DNA of 13,424 bases from Coprothermobacterota bacterium (GCA_037440465.1 JBBIUB010000023.1:1-13424); one strand, 5' to 3'. Shown: positions 1 through 8,226, numbered from the stretch's first letter. Notes: generated from the letters alone by a model not told the origin. Program-made: numbers and translations.

Positions 1-301
1 TTGGTCCTGGTGGAACTGTCACTGCTTCCGTTACCCTTACCGTAACCGACCCACCGCCAGTAGCGCCTCCAACCATTACTGCTTCTGTCTCTCCAACCTC
101 CATCGTGAGGGGTGCTAATGCAACACTTACCTGGTCTTCCACCGGCGCTACCTCAGTTACTCTCTTCCCGGGTATTGGTGCTGTGCCTCTGGTGGGATCT
201 CTCGTTGTATCTCCTACCGTTACCACCGCCTACATCTTCACCGCAGTTGGTCCTGGTGGAACTGTCACTGCTTCCGTTACCCTTACCGTAACCGACCCAC
301 C
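1..301 (+). repeat. Intragenic direct repeat, period 246 bp (82 codons); 1-55 is identical to 247-301
   Basis: ttggtcctggtggaactgtcactgcttccgttacccttaccgtaaccgacccacc occurs at 1-55 and at 247-301 with no mismatch. The first copy is cut by the window edge. Confidence 0.95.
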
Positions 302-713
302 AGCACCTCCATTACCACCTCGTACTGTAGAGATGACTATGGATGCCTACTTCTATAAAGTTGATGGCGTAACCAGAATCATGGACGCCGCTCCTTACAT
401 GGAAGATGGCAGAGTGATGGTTCCAATCAGATTCTTCGTTGAAGGTCTGGGTGGTACGGTTGAATGGGAAGATGAGACCAAGACAGTCATCGTCAGGTTC
501 ACCAGGCCTGTTCTCCACATTCGCTTCGTGATTGGAGAGCCCGTGGCTGTGGTTGGCACTACCATCGTTCCTATAGACCCGAACCCTGCTGTGGTACCGG
601 TTATCAAGGGTGGAAGAGCTTATGCTCCACTACGCTTCTTTGTGGAAAGAGTAACTGGTGCTTCTTTAGAGTGGATACCACCTAACACCATCATAGTTAG
701 GCTACCTCGCTAA
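3..713 (+). CDS. Partial (5'-truncated by window edge) cell-surface protein: tandem Ig/PKD-like beta-rich repeats plus C-terminal copper amine oxidase N-terminal-like (stalk) domain
   Basis: The frame of the 105..713 ORF is open back to position 3 (GPGGTVTASVTLTVTDPPPVAPPTITASVSPTSIVRG...), so GTG105 is internal. The repeat unit has the pattern PTI..S.SPTSI..G..ATLTWSSTGATSVTL..GIG.V...GSLVVSP..TT.Y..TA.GPGG..TASVTLTV. The C-terminus has two stalk-domain motifs, APYMEDGRVMVPIRFFVEGLGGTVEW and PVIKGGRAYAPLRFFVE. Confidence 0.85.
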   Translation, partial: GPGGTVTASVTLTVTDPPPVAPPTITASVSPTSIVRGANATLTWSSTGATSVTLFPGIGAVPLVGSLVVSPTVTTAYIFTAVGPGGTVTASVTLTVTDPPAPPLPPRTVEMTMDAYFYKVDGVTRIMDAAPYMEDGRVMVPIRFFVEGLGGTVEWEDETKTVIVRFTRPVLHIRFVIGEPVAVVGTTIVPIDPNPAVVPVIKGGRAYAPLRFFVERVTGASLEWIPPNTIIVRLPR

Positions 714-739
714 AGACTTAGCTAATTAAGTAGATAGAA

Positions 740-773
740 ATATAGGGGGGCTTAACGCCCCCCTATATATTTT
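740..773. terminator. Probable bidirectional rho-independent terminator
   Basis: Perfect 12-bp stem: atataggggggc (740-751), loop ttaac, gcccccctatat (757-768). T-rich tails follow on both strands, and it lies between convergent stops at 713 and 792. Confidence 0.85.
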
Positions 774-791
774 GGTAATTACCCCCTCTTG

Positions 792-3089
792 CTACTTCTT
801 TAAAATAAAAACCTCAATTCCCTTAAGTATCCATTCAGGGGTGAGGTGAGCTTCGTCCAGAACTTCGTCTATTGTCCCGCCTGTTCTCCACTGGTTATCC
901 CAGTCGGAAGAGAGGGAGTACTTCTCACAAATTTTGTCATATATCCACGGCTGTATAGTACATAGAGCTTCATTGGTAATAATCATAGAGTTTGCCCAAT
1001 CCTCTTTGGGGAGGATTTTGTTCTTATACTCTTTATCCTGAAGGTCAAAGAGTTCCCGGCTTATGGCGGCAATGATTTTGACATTGAGGCCTTTCTTATC
1101 CAGCTCAGGGAGAATCTTGATAAGGTTGTCGGTGGTAGAAGTACCTCTTACAATCACGGTTCCCATTTTAGGTTGGTCAGGCGAGTAGTCTCTTAGGATA
1201 TAAGCACCTTTGGCCGCTTCAAAGTGAGAAGCTATACCGAGAGTGGCTCTATCAGGAATGGTGATGGGTGGGCGGGTTAAATGGAGGGCAATGATGGGTA
1301 CATCCAGTTGGAGGGCGGTACCCAATACCACCGGTACTTCGTTGTGCTCCCAGGGGTGAAGATTTATAAGGCTACCCTTTGGAAAAAGCTGGGTTACGCC
1401 TGGTTCAAAAACACCAAAGTGAGTGCGAGAGTCATCTGCCGTCTCGGGTCCCGAATGTCCAGCCACCCAGATGACCTTACCCAGTTTTAATGGACAGTCC
1501 TGAGCGAGTTGAGAGAGAAGGCGAAAAGCCCCGTATTTAAGGTAGGCAAAAGAGCCGTAGGTGGAGCAGGCACCATAGAAGCCAGCAAATTCCTTAGATG
1601 AGTCTTCAGATAGGTTGACGGTGGTCATACCGACCAGCAGGCTGGCGTTAGCAAATTCAGTAATCTCTTGTGGCAGAAGTGCACCCGAAAGGTTTTTGTT
1701 CCTGTCGTAGACTCCAAAACCTTTAAAATCTCCCCATTCGTCAGCAAAACCAAAGATGTTGGTAGATTTTGCCAGGTCAGCGGAAGCTACAATAAAAAGC
1801 GGTCTATGGTAATCTTTTGCCCCTAAGGAATTAACATAAGCACCCCAACGGCCAAAAGCCACACGGTTGGAAGTCTTGCTTCCGGGGGAAGCGTATAATT
1901 CTGCCGGATAGTTTTTATAATCGTAAAGGCGAGAATCTTTGAAGGGGTTTTTAGGTCCTTTAAATTTGAAGGTTTCTACTTCCTTAGGAACTTTTTCTCC
2001 CAGTGTTAGTAGGGTATCAGCTAAGAAGTTCTGGAGTGATTGGTCTTCCTTGAGGATGGAGAAAACCAGCTCTATGTTCTTCTCAGTCTGAACCTTAAAT
2101 TCAGCAGAGCTTGCTGGTGCTGGTTCTCCAAAACCTTCAAACTTCACTCCATACTTTTCCTGGAAGGGCTTCTTGGTTTCCCAATAGATTTCAGAGTTGG
2201 GAAGATGGGGAACTCCGTGAGATTTATTGTCATATACAAGATAACCCCTTCCCTTAAGGGTCTTAAACCAGGCGGCGTTGGGGACTTCGGGAGGGCTTTT
2301 TTCTCCATAGACCAGGTCCAGTATTGTTTGTCCTACATCTTTTAAATCATTACCGTTGGGGGTGCCAACAACCCTCCAGCCATAACACCTAAACCAATCT
2401 TCGGGAGTGCCGGGGACGGTGTCGGTTAATTTTAGGTCATCTATTCCATAATTATTCCAGTCCAGAAGAAGGTAAAAGTTAGATAGTCCAAGAGCCCAGG
2501 CAGAATTTTTCATCTCGTGGGTTACCCCTGTGGTTAAGGCGGCATCGCCTTCTAAAGAAAAGACCTTAACCTGAGGAAGTCCGGCGAGCTTCAAAGCCAG
2601 GGCCTGTCCGGCAGCAGCGGGGTTTCCGTGACCCGAGGGTCCAGTATTATATTTCAGAAATAGAGTTTTTCCACTCATTTCTGCATGACCCGGAAGGCCA
2701 TGTCTTCTTCGGAAGGTTATCAGGTGTTCTGGGAAGAGGGCTTCTCTGTGGGGTTGATAGGCGGGGTCTCCAGTTTTTGAGTGTTTGAGTCTCAGGGCTT
2801 CATTTAATACAGATAGGGTGGTATAGACCAGAGGGATAGTGTGTCCAGCGCTTAATATAAAGCGGTCTCCAAACCTTTTTTCTGGATTCCTCAAATCGTA
2901 GGTCATAGCTCCGGAAAGCATAAGGTTAACCATAATGGGCACCTTGGAGCGAGAGCCACCCGGATGTCCACTCTGCCTGAAATTAATTATGATATCAATG
3001 AGGTGGTCAACCATGTCCCTAACCTTTTCCAGGTGGTGAAGATTAGAGGACAGGTTTTTTTGAAGAGAATCGTACGATAAATCCTTCAT
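792..3089 (-). CDS. tkt: Transketolase-family ThDP-dependent enzyme (long, divergent, 765 aa)
   Basis: Motifs SGHPGGS, DRFILSAGH, LPGH, NTGPSGHG, a ThDP-binding GDA...DWNN segment, SADL..S, ITEF (REF-like), and HSGPETADDSRTH (equivalent to EDGPTH). SD AAAGGAGGT on the minus strand at 3101-3109. Confidence 0.85.
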   Translation of the reverse strand: MKDLSYDSLQKNLSSNLHHLEKVRDMVDHLIDIIINFRQSGHPGGSRSKVPIMVNLMLSGAMTYDLRNPEKRFGDRFILSAGHTIPLVYTTLSVLNEALRLKHSKTGDPAYQPHREALFPEHLITFRRRHGLPGHAEMSGKTLFLKYNTGPSGHGNPAAAGQALALKLAGLPQVKVFSLEGDAALTTGVTHEMKNSAWALGLSNFYLLLDWNNYGIDDLKLTDTVPGTPEDWFRCYGWRVVGTPNGNDLKDVGQTILDLVYGEKSPPEVPNAAWFKTLKGRGYLVYDNKSHGVPHLPNSEIYWETKKPFQEKYGVKFEGFGEPAPASSAEFKVQTEKNIELVFSILKEDQSLQNFLADTLLTLGEKVPKEVETFKFKGPKNPFKDSRLYDYKNYPAELYASPGSKTSNRVAFGRWGAYVNSLGAKDYHRPLFIVASADLAKSTNIFGFADEWGDFKGFGVYDRNKNLSGALLPQEITEFANASLLVGMTTVNLSEDSSKEFAGFYGACSTYGSFAYLKYGAFRLLSQLAQDCPLKLGKVIWVAGHSGPETADDSRTHFGVFEPGVTQLFPKGSLINLHPWEHNEVPVVLGTALQLDVPIIALHLTRPPITIPDRATLGIASHFEAAKGAYILRDYSPDQPKMGTVIVRGTSTTDNLIKILPELDKKGLNVKIIAAISRELFDLQDKEYKNKILPKEDWANSMIITNEALCTIQPWIYDKICEKYSLSSDWDNQWRTGGTIDEVLDEAHLTPEWILKGIEVFILKK

Positions 3090-3100
3090 TATCTATTTTT

Positions 3101-3109
3101 ACCTCCTTT
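3101..3109 (-). promoter_or_regulatory. Shine-Dalgarno site of transketolase gene
   Basis: Plus-strand acctccttt reads AAAGGAGGT on the minus strand, 11 nt upstream of the ATG at 3089. Confidence 0.8.
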
Positions 3110-3153
3110 AGGGGTTAAGTTTTTTAGTAAATGTTCTTGGGTCTAACTTATAT

Positions 3154-3162
3154 ATGATAGCA
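3154..3162 (-). promoter_or_regulatory. Putative extended -10 promoter (TGcTATCAT) for transketolase gene
   Basis: The reverse complement of atgatagca is TGCTATCAT, a TGn + 5/6 TATAAT match, in the AT-rich divergent intergenic region. Confidence 0.45.
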
Positions 3163-3173
3163 AATTTAGATTC

Positions 3174-3182
3174 TGCTATAAT
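3174..3182 (+). promoter_or_regulatory. Putative extended -10 promoter (TGcTATAAT) for the MoxR/vWA operon
   Basis: Perfect TGnTATAAT at 3174-3182. It is followed by SD-like AGGTGA (3189-3194) and the TTG start at 3201. Confidence 0.65.
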
Positions 3183-3200
3183 GATAATAGGTGATAAACC

Positions 3201-4448
3201 TTGAAAGTTAGAAGGATACTTTTTTTTAGCCTTTACCTTACAAGGGAACTATGGAGAGTGATGTCTTGGGGGTTCCTAACCTTTTCTATTTATTATCTCT
3301 TGTTGATTTTATATGAACCCCGAGCTATTATTCTTAAGCACCCGACCTTACTTTTAATTATGATTTCTCTTCCTTTTTTGGTTTATGTTTTCTCAATTTC
3401 TTGGAGAAAGAGAATCTTCCAACTGGACAGGGAACTTGAGACCGGGGAGCTTTTCCTAACCTTGAGTATTGTGCCTAATACTTCTTTCTATAAAGAGAAA
3501 TTATTAAAGAGGGAAGAAGTATTTCTGAAAAAGCCTATTACTGATCTTTTTTTAAAGAAATTTCCAGCGAAGGTTCTGACTCTGTCCATAATTTTCCTTC
3601 TTCTCGCTAATTTTGTAGAGATGATTTCAGGTTCTGTTCCTATTTATACCGGAGGAAGTATTACCGGAGAAGATATTCCCTATCCATCTGGTGAAGAGCT
3701 GGCTATTCTGGACCTTGAAGAGTGGTGGACAGGAGATGGAGACTTTATATTACCGTCTGATTTCCCACCATTAGAAGAAGGTAAAGGTGAAAGAGATACA
3801 GAGGAGGGTGGAGAAACTAAAGATGATAAAAATACTCCTTCCACTCTGGAAGAAGAATTGAATGATACTTTGAAAGAACTGGCCAAAGATTTGAAAAAAG
3901 CCTTTAAGGAACCTTCAAAAGAAATTAAAGAAAATCTGGAAAAGTTAGGGTTGGCTTTAGAGAAAAAAGACTACACAGGAGCTTTAGCCATTCTTAACCC
4001 TCTCCTAAGGTCTCTTGAAGAGCAGGGGAAAGAGAGCGCAGGTGTAGTACCTGGAGATAATGAAGGAGCGGGAAGTGTCAAGGAAGGAAGTGGAACTTTT
4101 GGAGCAGGCTCGGGTCCTGCTACTGAAGCTGTACCTGCGAAGGGTAACCCTTCTATGGAGGCCCCCTATAGTGAATCGGAAAAGGGTGAAGGACCTTATT
4201 CTCCACTTAAAAGGGAGGGTTCTGCTAAGAAGATAGACCCCGTGACTACTGCTGAAGAACTTCGCCTCTTTAGAGATGTAGTAACCTTGAAGCTTCGTCC
4301 TGTTTCGGGTACTAAGGAGGAGCTTACAGGTGGTTTGGGGAAGGTAGAGTTGAGCAAGGCACAGGCCCTTCTCTATCTTAAAAGAGTAGTTCTTCCACCT
4401 TCTATGAAAGCATTGGTGAGGAGTTATTTTGAGAATATTACACCGTGA
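3201..4448 (+). CDS. Hypothetical membrane protein of MoxR/vWA cluster (about 3 N-terminal TM helices, acidic/helical middle, Gly-rich tail; loosely DUF4175-like)
   Basis: 415-aa ORF with TTG start and AGGTGA SD. Hydrophobic segments lie near aa 20-38, 49-67 and 125-143, followed by low-complexity E/G-rich regions. The C-terminal LPPSMKALVRSYF resembles the P.....V..YF ending of MoxR-cluster accessory proteins. Confidence 0.7.
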   Translation: MKVRRILFFSLYLTRELWRVMSWGFLTFSIYYLLLILYEPRAIILKHPTLLLIMISLPFLVYVFSISWRKRIFQLDRELETGELFLTLSIVPNTSFYKEKLLKREEVFLKKPITDLFLKKFPAKVLTLSIIFLLLANFVEMISGSVPIYTGGSITGEDIPYPSGEELAILDLEEWWTGDGDFILPSDFPPLEEGKGERDTEEGGETKDDKNTPSTLEEELNDTLKELAKDLKKAFKEPSKEIKENLEKLGLALEKKDYTGALAILNPLLRSLEEQGKESAGVVPGDNEGAGSVKEGSGTFGAGSGPATEAVPAKGNPSMEAPYSESEKGEGPYSPLKREGSAKKIDPVTTAEELRLFRDVVTLKLRPVSGTKEELTGGLGKVELSKAQALLYLKRVVLPPSMKALVRSYFENITP

Positions 4449-4510
4449 CCACCACCATAATTTGTGACGTAATACAGAATATTTAACAACATTAAAAAGG
4501 AGAATACTAC

Positions 4511-5488
4511 ATGGAGCAGGAAATAAATTTTGATACGGTGAGAGATACCCTCCTTAAAGTAGAAAAGGAGTTGAACAGCATCCTTTTCGGGCAGGAGAAG
4601 GTGGTCAGAGAACTTCTTTTAGCCTTTTTCTCTCAGGGGCACACGCTGGTGGAAGGTCTTCCAGGCCTCGGAAAAACTATGCTGGCCAAAGCTCTGGCTA
4701 AGACATTTTCTCTCTCCTTTAAAAGAATACAGTTCACTCCTGATTTAATGCCTGCAGATGTAACTGGCACACATCTTCTGATAGAGAGCGAAAAAGGCAG
4801 AGAATTCGTCTTTATGAAAGGACCAATTTTCTCCCATCTCGTTTTAGCAGATGAGATTAACAGGGCTACACCAAAGGTTCAGTCCGCTCTCCTTGAAGCT
4901 ATGCAGGAGAGAACCGTTACCGTGGGAGAAACCACCTATATTCTACCCAATCCATTTTTTGTGGTGGCTACCCAGAACCCCATTGAGATGGAGGGAACAT
5001 ATCCTCTTCCTGAAGCCCAGTTGGACAGGTTCAGCTTTAAAGTGCTTATTCCTTTCCCTTCTTTGGATGTCCTGAAAAGAGTAGGCGTGGAGACTGCTCC
5101 TTATAAAGAACCAGAAGTAGAAGCAGTAGGAGATGAGGATTTATTAAAAGAGATGATAGGATTTATTGAACTAATGCCTGTTGCTCCAGAAGTAGTTAGC
5201 TATGCCTCACGATTGGTTTTAGCCACCCATCCTGAAGAAGATATAGCCCCTTTTGAGGTAAGAAGATTTGTGCGTTATGGCTCCAGCCCGAGGGGGGTTC
5301 AGGTGCTTCTAAGGGCGTCACGAGTGCGAGCCATTCTGGAAGATAGACCTCATGTTAGTTTTAGCGATGTGAAAGAAGTGACTTACCCTGCCTTGAGACA
5401 CAGGCTTATCCTTAATTATGAAGGAGAAGCTGAAAGCATAAAGTCAGACTTCCTAATAGAGAAAATCTTGGATAGGGTAAGGGTGTGA
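4511..5488 (+). CDS. moxR: MoxR-family AAA+ ATPase
   Basis: Walker A GLPGLGKT; RIQFTPDLMPADVTG; Walker B LVLADEINRATPKVQSALLEAMQE; ATQNPIEMEGTYPLPEAQLDRF; SPRG lid motif. SD AAGGAG at 4497-4502. Confidence 0.95.
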   Translation: MEQEINFDTVRDTLLKVEKELNSILFGQEKVVRELLLAFFSQGHTLVEGLPGLGKTMLAKALAKTFSLSFKRIQFTPDLMPADVTGTHLLIESEKGREFVFMKGPIFSHLVLADEINRATPKVQSALLEAMQERTVTVGETTYILPNPFFVVATQNPIEMEGTYPLPEAQLDRFSFKVLIPFPSLDVLKRVGVETAPYKEPEVEAVGDEDLLKEMIGFIELMPVAPEVVSYASRLVLATHPEEDIAPFEVRRFVRYGSSPRGVQVLLRASRVRAILEDRPHVSFSDVKEVTYPALRHRLILNYEGEAESIKSDFLIEKILDRVRV

Positions 5489-5503
5489 GTTCTTTTATTT
5501 AAT

Positions 5504-6370
5504 ATGTCACTTTTATCTTCCAGTTTTCAGGAAAGATTGAGAAATTATCGCCTTACTCTTTTAAGAGGCAGGGGGTTGGTAGGTGGTAGCAGGAGAGCTA
5601 AAAGGTCTGGAAAATCTCTGGAGTGGTCAGATTTTCGCCCCTATTCTGCCGGGGATGAATTAAAGAGGATAGACTTCAAGGCTTATGCCCGGCTTAAAAA
5701 ACTCTATATAAAAGTGTATGAAGAGGAAGAAGAAGGGAATTTTGTACTTTTATTGGATCGCAGTCGCTCCATGGATTTTGGAGAACCTGGAAAGCTGGAT
5801 TGGGCTAAAAGAATCACAGCTCTCCTCGCCTTCGTTATACTGAATCAGGGCGAGAGGTTTATCTTCAGGCCTTTTCCCCTTGATGGGGAAAAACCTCTCT
5901 TTTTAAGTACCAGAGGTATGTTTCCCTATTTTGAGGACTACCTTTTAAAACTGCAACCATCCGGTAGGTTTCCCTTATATGATGAGTTTAATAATAATCT
6001 GGAAGGTCTTCCTTTTAAGGGAGGGGCTTTTCTCATCTCTGACCTCTATTTTGATGGTGAGCTGAGTTCTTATCTTAAACCATTAAAACAACACTCACTG
6101 ACTTTCACCGTCCTAAGCGTCTTATCTCCCCAGGAAGTAGAGCCATTAGAGGAAGGTGAGGTTCAATTACAGGATATAGAAGGGGAAGAGACACTTTCTT
6201 ATCTTTTTTATGAAGAGACTATTGAGAAATACCAGGAGAGATTAAACCTATTCCTAAAGAATAGTGGGGAAGAAGCGCTAAAATTGGGTGGGAAGCATCT
6301 TACTTTGAGAAGTGACATGGGAGAAGAAGGGCTTCTTCTGGATTTGTTAAAAGCAGGGTTGATGACTTAA
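5504..6370 (+). CDS. DUF58 domain protein (vWA-like, MoxR-associated)
   Basis: G.S.E.SDFRPY..GDE.KRID.KAYAR signature, LLLDRSRSM (DxSxS) and LISD. It lies directly downstream of moxR. Confidence 0.92.
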   Translation: MSLLSSSFQERLRNYRLTLLRGRGLVGGSRRAKRSGKSLEWSDFRPYSAGDELKRIDFKAYARLKKLYIKVYEEEEEGNFVLLLDRSRSMDFGEPGKLDWAKRITALLAFVILNQGERFIFRPFPLDGEKPLFLSTRGMFPYFEDYLLKLQPSGRFPLYDEFNNNLEGLPFKGGAFLISDLYFDGELSSYLKPLKQHSLTFTVLSVLSPQEVEPLEEGEVQLQDIEGEETLSYLFYEETIEKYQERLNLFLKNSGEEALKLGGKHLTLRSDMGEEGLLLDLLKAGLMT

Positions 6371-8215
6371 ATGGAATTTGTCTACCCTTCATTTTTACTG
6401 ATTTTACCCCTTATGTGGGGTTTTATTTTTCTTCTCTACCTTATAAGAAGCCGTCCTCCTTTAAAACCATTCCCAACACTTCGTTTTTTTAAGGAAATAG
6501 AGCCTCCTTCCTCTTCTATTTTAAGAAGAAAGAAGCCACCCCGTATTCTTCAGCTTTTACTGGACCTTTTGATTGTTACTTTGCTTCTCCTATCTTTATC
6601 TCAGCCCCACATTAAAGTGTCTTTACTACCACACCTGGTTCTGGTAGTAGACAATTCCCTTTCACTACAGGCCAAGGATGTTTCCCCAAGCAGGTGGGAG
6701 GCTCTAATTCTGGAGGGAGAAGAAATTCTAAAAAAGCAGAGAGCCAGCAATTATTCTCTCGTGGTGGGTTCACCACCCTACCCCAGTCTTTACAAGGCCC
6801 AACACTCTTCAGAAATTCTTAAAGTGATGAAAGAGGTAAAACCAGAGGCTAAACATTTTCTTTTTGAAGAATCTCTGGATGTAGCCAGGGTGGCTGGTGG
6901 AGAAGGGGCACTGATATACCTGCTTACTGACGGTTCTTTCTACAATCAGCCTGAATTTAATACTACTTTTTTAGAAGGAAATTCAAACTATTTTCAAGAT
7001 GTGATAATAGGTTCTCTTCCTTCAAAGGTCAGAGGAGGAAATGTTATTTTTAAAAGGTTGATTCTGGAAGAAAGAGGGGAAGAGTGTTATGCTTTTGTTT
7101 CTGTTTTGAACGATAGTGCTGATGAAGCTCTTATAAAATTAACCTTAACATTGGCTAAGCCAGTCATCAGCACCGATTTAATATTAAAAGCCCACGAGGA
7201 AAAAGAGCTCTTTCTTAAACTGCCCCACCCTTTCCCTTATTTGAAGGGGAGAGTAGAAGTACTTGAGGGTACAGACTTTCTTACTCTGGATAACGAAGCT
7301 TACTCAGCAAAGGGTAGAAACGAGGCTTTAAAAATTGGTCTGGTAGGAAGGGAAAATCTTTTCCTGAGGGCTGCTCTGTCGTCTCTTAAAAATGAAGTTG
7401 AGTACACAATTCTTAAAGAAGAGGATATTGGTCTTGGTGGTTTTGATATGTATTTTCTTCTCGGCATTAGACCTTCTAAACTTCCTTTCAGGCCAGTAGT
7501 ATTTTTTGATCTGCCTTCTGAGGGGTTTAAAGAGAAAGTATTATCTCAAGAAGAAGGTATGGAGTTTATTAAGACAGAACATCCCCTTCTAAGTTATGTG
7601 GAAATCGAGGATTTAATAGTTAAGAATGTGGTTGAAACGGTAGATTCTCCTTCAGATAAAAAGGAGAAGAGAATTAAAGAAACAATATTGTATGTAGTGT
7701 ATAAGGGCGAGAATATTCCCCTTATCTATGTGGAAAAAAACAAGCCTTATCATGTGGTATTTACATTTTCCCTTGATTCATCAAATTTACCACTTCTTCC
7801 TGCTTTTCCTATTCTTATTAAGAATATCGTTTCTTTCCTGGAGGAAGGTAAAGTAAATGCTTTTCTGGGAGAGGAGTTTAAGGGGGAAGAGGTGGTGGTT
7901 TTAACCCCTCAAGGAAAGAGCGAGGTTGCGGATGGGGAGTATGTATTTAGAGAAACAGGCATATATTCTCTTACTACGGTCTATGGAACCAGATATCTGG
8001 CTGTGAATTTTCCCCCGGGTGAATCAGACTTGAAGGCATTAGTGTTAACTTCTACAGATAAGCAGTTAAGACCTAAACTACCACTGTCTCTCACGCCTCT
8101 TTTTCTGGTATTGACACTTATTTTGATATTATCAAGTACAAGGCTGGCTCTACCCTCCCCCCGCCAAGGGGGAGGAAAAACAAATATACTCTCTTCCCTT
8201 AGTGGGAGGAGGTAG
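6371..8215 (+). CDS. BatA N-terminal double-TM domain plus vWA domain membrane protein
   Basis: N-terminal MEFVYP.FLL...LLYL.......FPTLRF...LLLSLSQP (BatA-N pattern). vWA motifs VVDNSLS and LLTDG. C-terminal AVN....ESDL followed by a TM helix. The ATG abuts the DUF58 stop (TAAATG). Confidence 0.85.
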   Translation: MEFVYPSFLLILPLMWGFIFLLYLIRSRPPLKPFPTLRFFKEIEPPSSSILRRKKPPRILQLLLDLLIVTLLLLSLSQPHIKVSLLPHLVLVVDNSLSLQAKDVSPSRWEALILEGEEILKKQRASNYSLVVGSPPYPSLYKAQHSSEILKVMKEVKPEAKHFLFEESLDVARVAGGEGALIYLLTDGSFYNQPEFNTTFLEGNSNYFQDVIIGSLPSKVRGGNVIFKRLILEERGEECYAFVSVLNDSADEALIKLTLTLAKPVISTDLILKAHEEKELFLKLPHPFPYLKGRVEVLEGTDFLTLDNEAYSAKGRNEALKIGLVGRENLFLRAALSSLKNEVEYTILKEEDIGLGGFDMYFLLGIRPSKLPFRPVVFFDLPSEGFKEKVLSQEEGMEFIKTEHPLLSYVEIEDLIVKNVVETVDSPSDKKEKRIKETILYVVYKGENIPLIYVEKNKPYHVVFTFSLDSSNLPLLPAFPILIKNIVSFLEEGKVNAFLGEEFKGEEVVVLTPQGKSEVADGEYVFRETGIYSLTTVYGTRYLAVNFPPGESDLKALVLTSTDKQLRPKLPLSLTPLFLVLTLILILSSTRLALPSPRQGGGKTNILSSLSGRR

Positions 8216-8225
8216 GAGAAGGGGG
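8154..8225. repeat. GC-rich REP-like pair of hairpins at gene junction
   Basis: Hairpin 1: cctccccc (8154-8161) / gggggagg (8168-8175), perfect 8 bp. Hairpin 2: ctcttccc (8191-8198) / gggaggag (8204-8211), one G-U pair, followed by purine-rich gtaggagaaggggg. Confidence 0.55.
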
Positions 8226-8226
8226 A

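Noticed and set aside
105..107. GTG start proposed by the ORF track for the first gene
   Set aside because: The frame is open to the window start and the repeat unit continues upstream, so this is an internal Val.
1..301. 55-bp direct repeat as CRISPR repeat or DGR template/variable pair
   Set aside because: The copies are in-frame coding with a 246-bp period, show no adenine-specific mismatches, and no cas or reverse transcriptase genes are present.
312..607. Short antisense ORFs 312-518 and 395-607
   Set aside because: They are shadow ORFs opposite a well-supported gene, with no motifs.
1281..2345. Plus-strand ORFs 1281-1490 and 2040-2345
   Set aside because: They are antisense to transketolase, with no recognisable product.
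3220..3227. T8 tract near the 5' end of the first operon gene as a phase-variation switch
   Set aside because: T7-T8 runs occur repeatedly in this AT-rich DNA encoding Phe/Leu-rich segments, and the frame is intact.
3680..5075. ORFs 3680-3886 (-) and 4851-5075 (+, alternative frame)
   Set aside because: They are nested in supported genes; the Ser-rich composition is the mirror of Glu/Gly codons.
8154..8180. Hairpin 1 as an intrinsic terminator
   Set aside because: It is followed by A5 on the plus strand and has no downstream U-tract on either strand.
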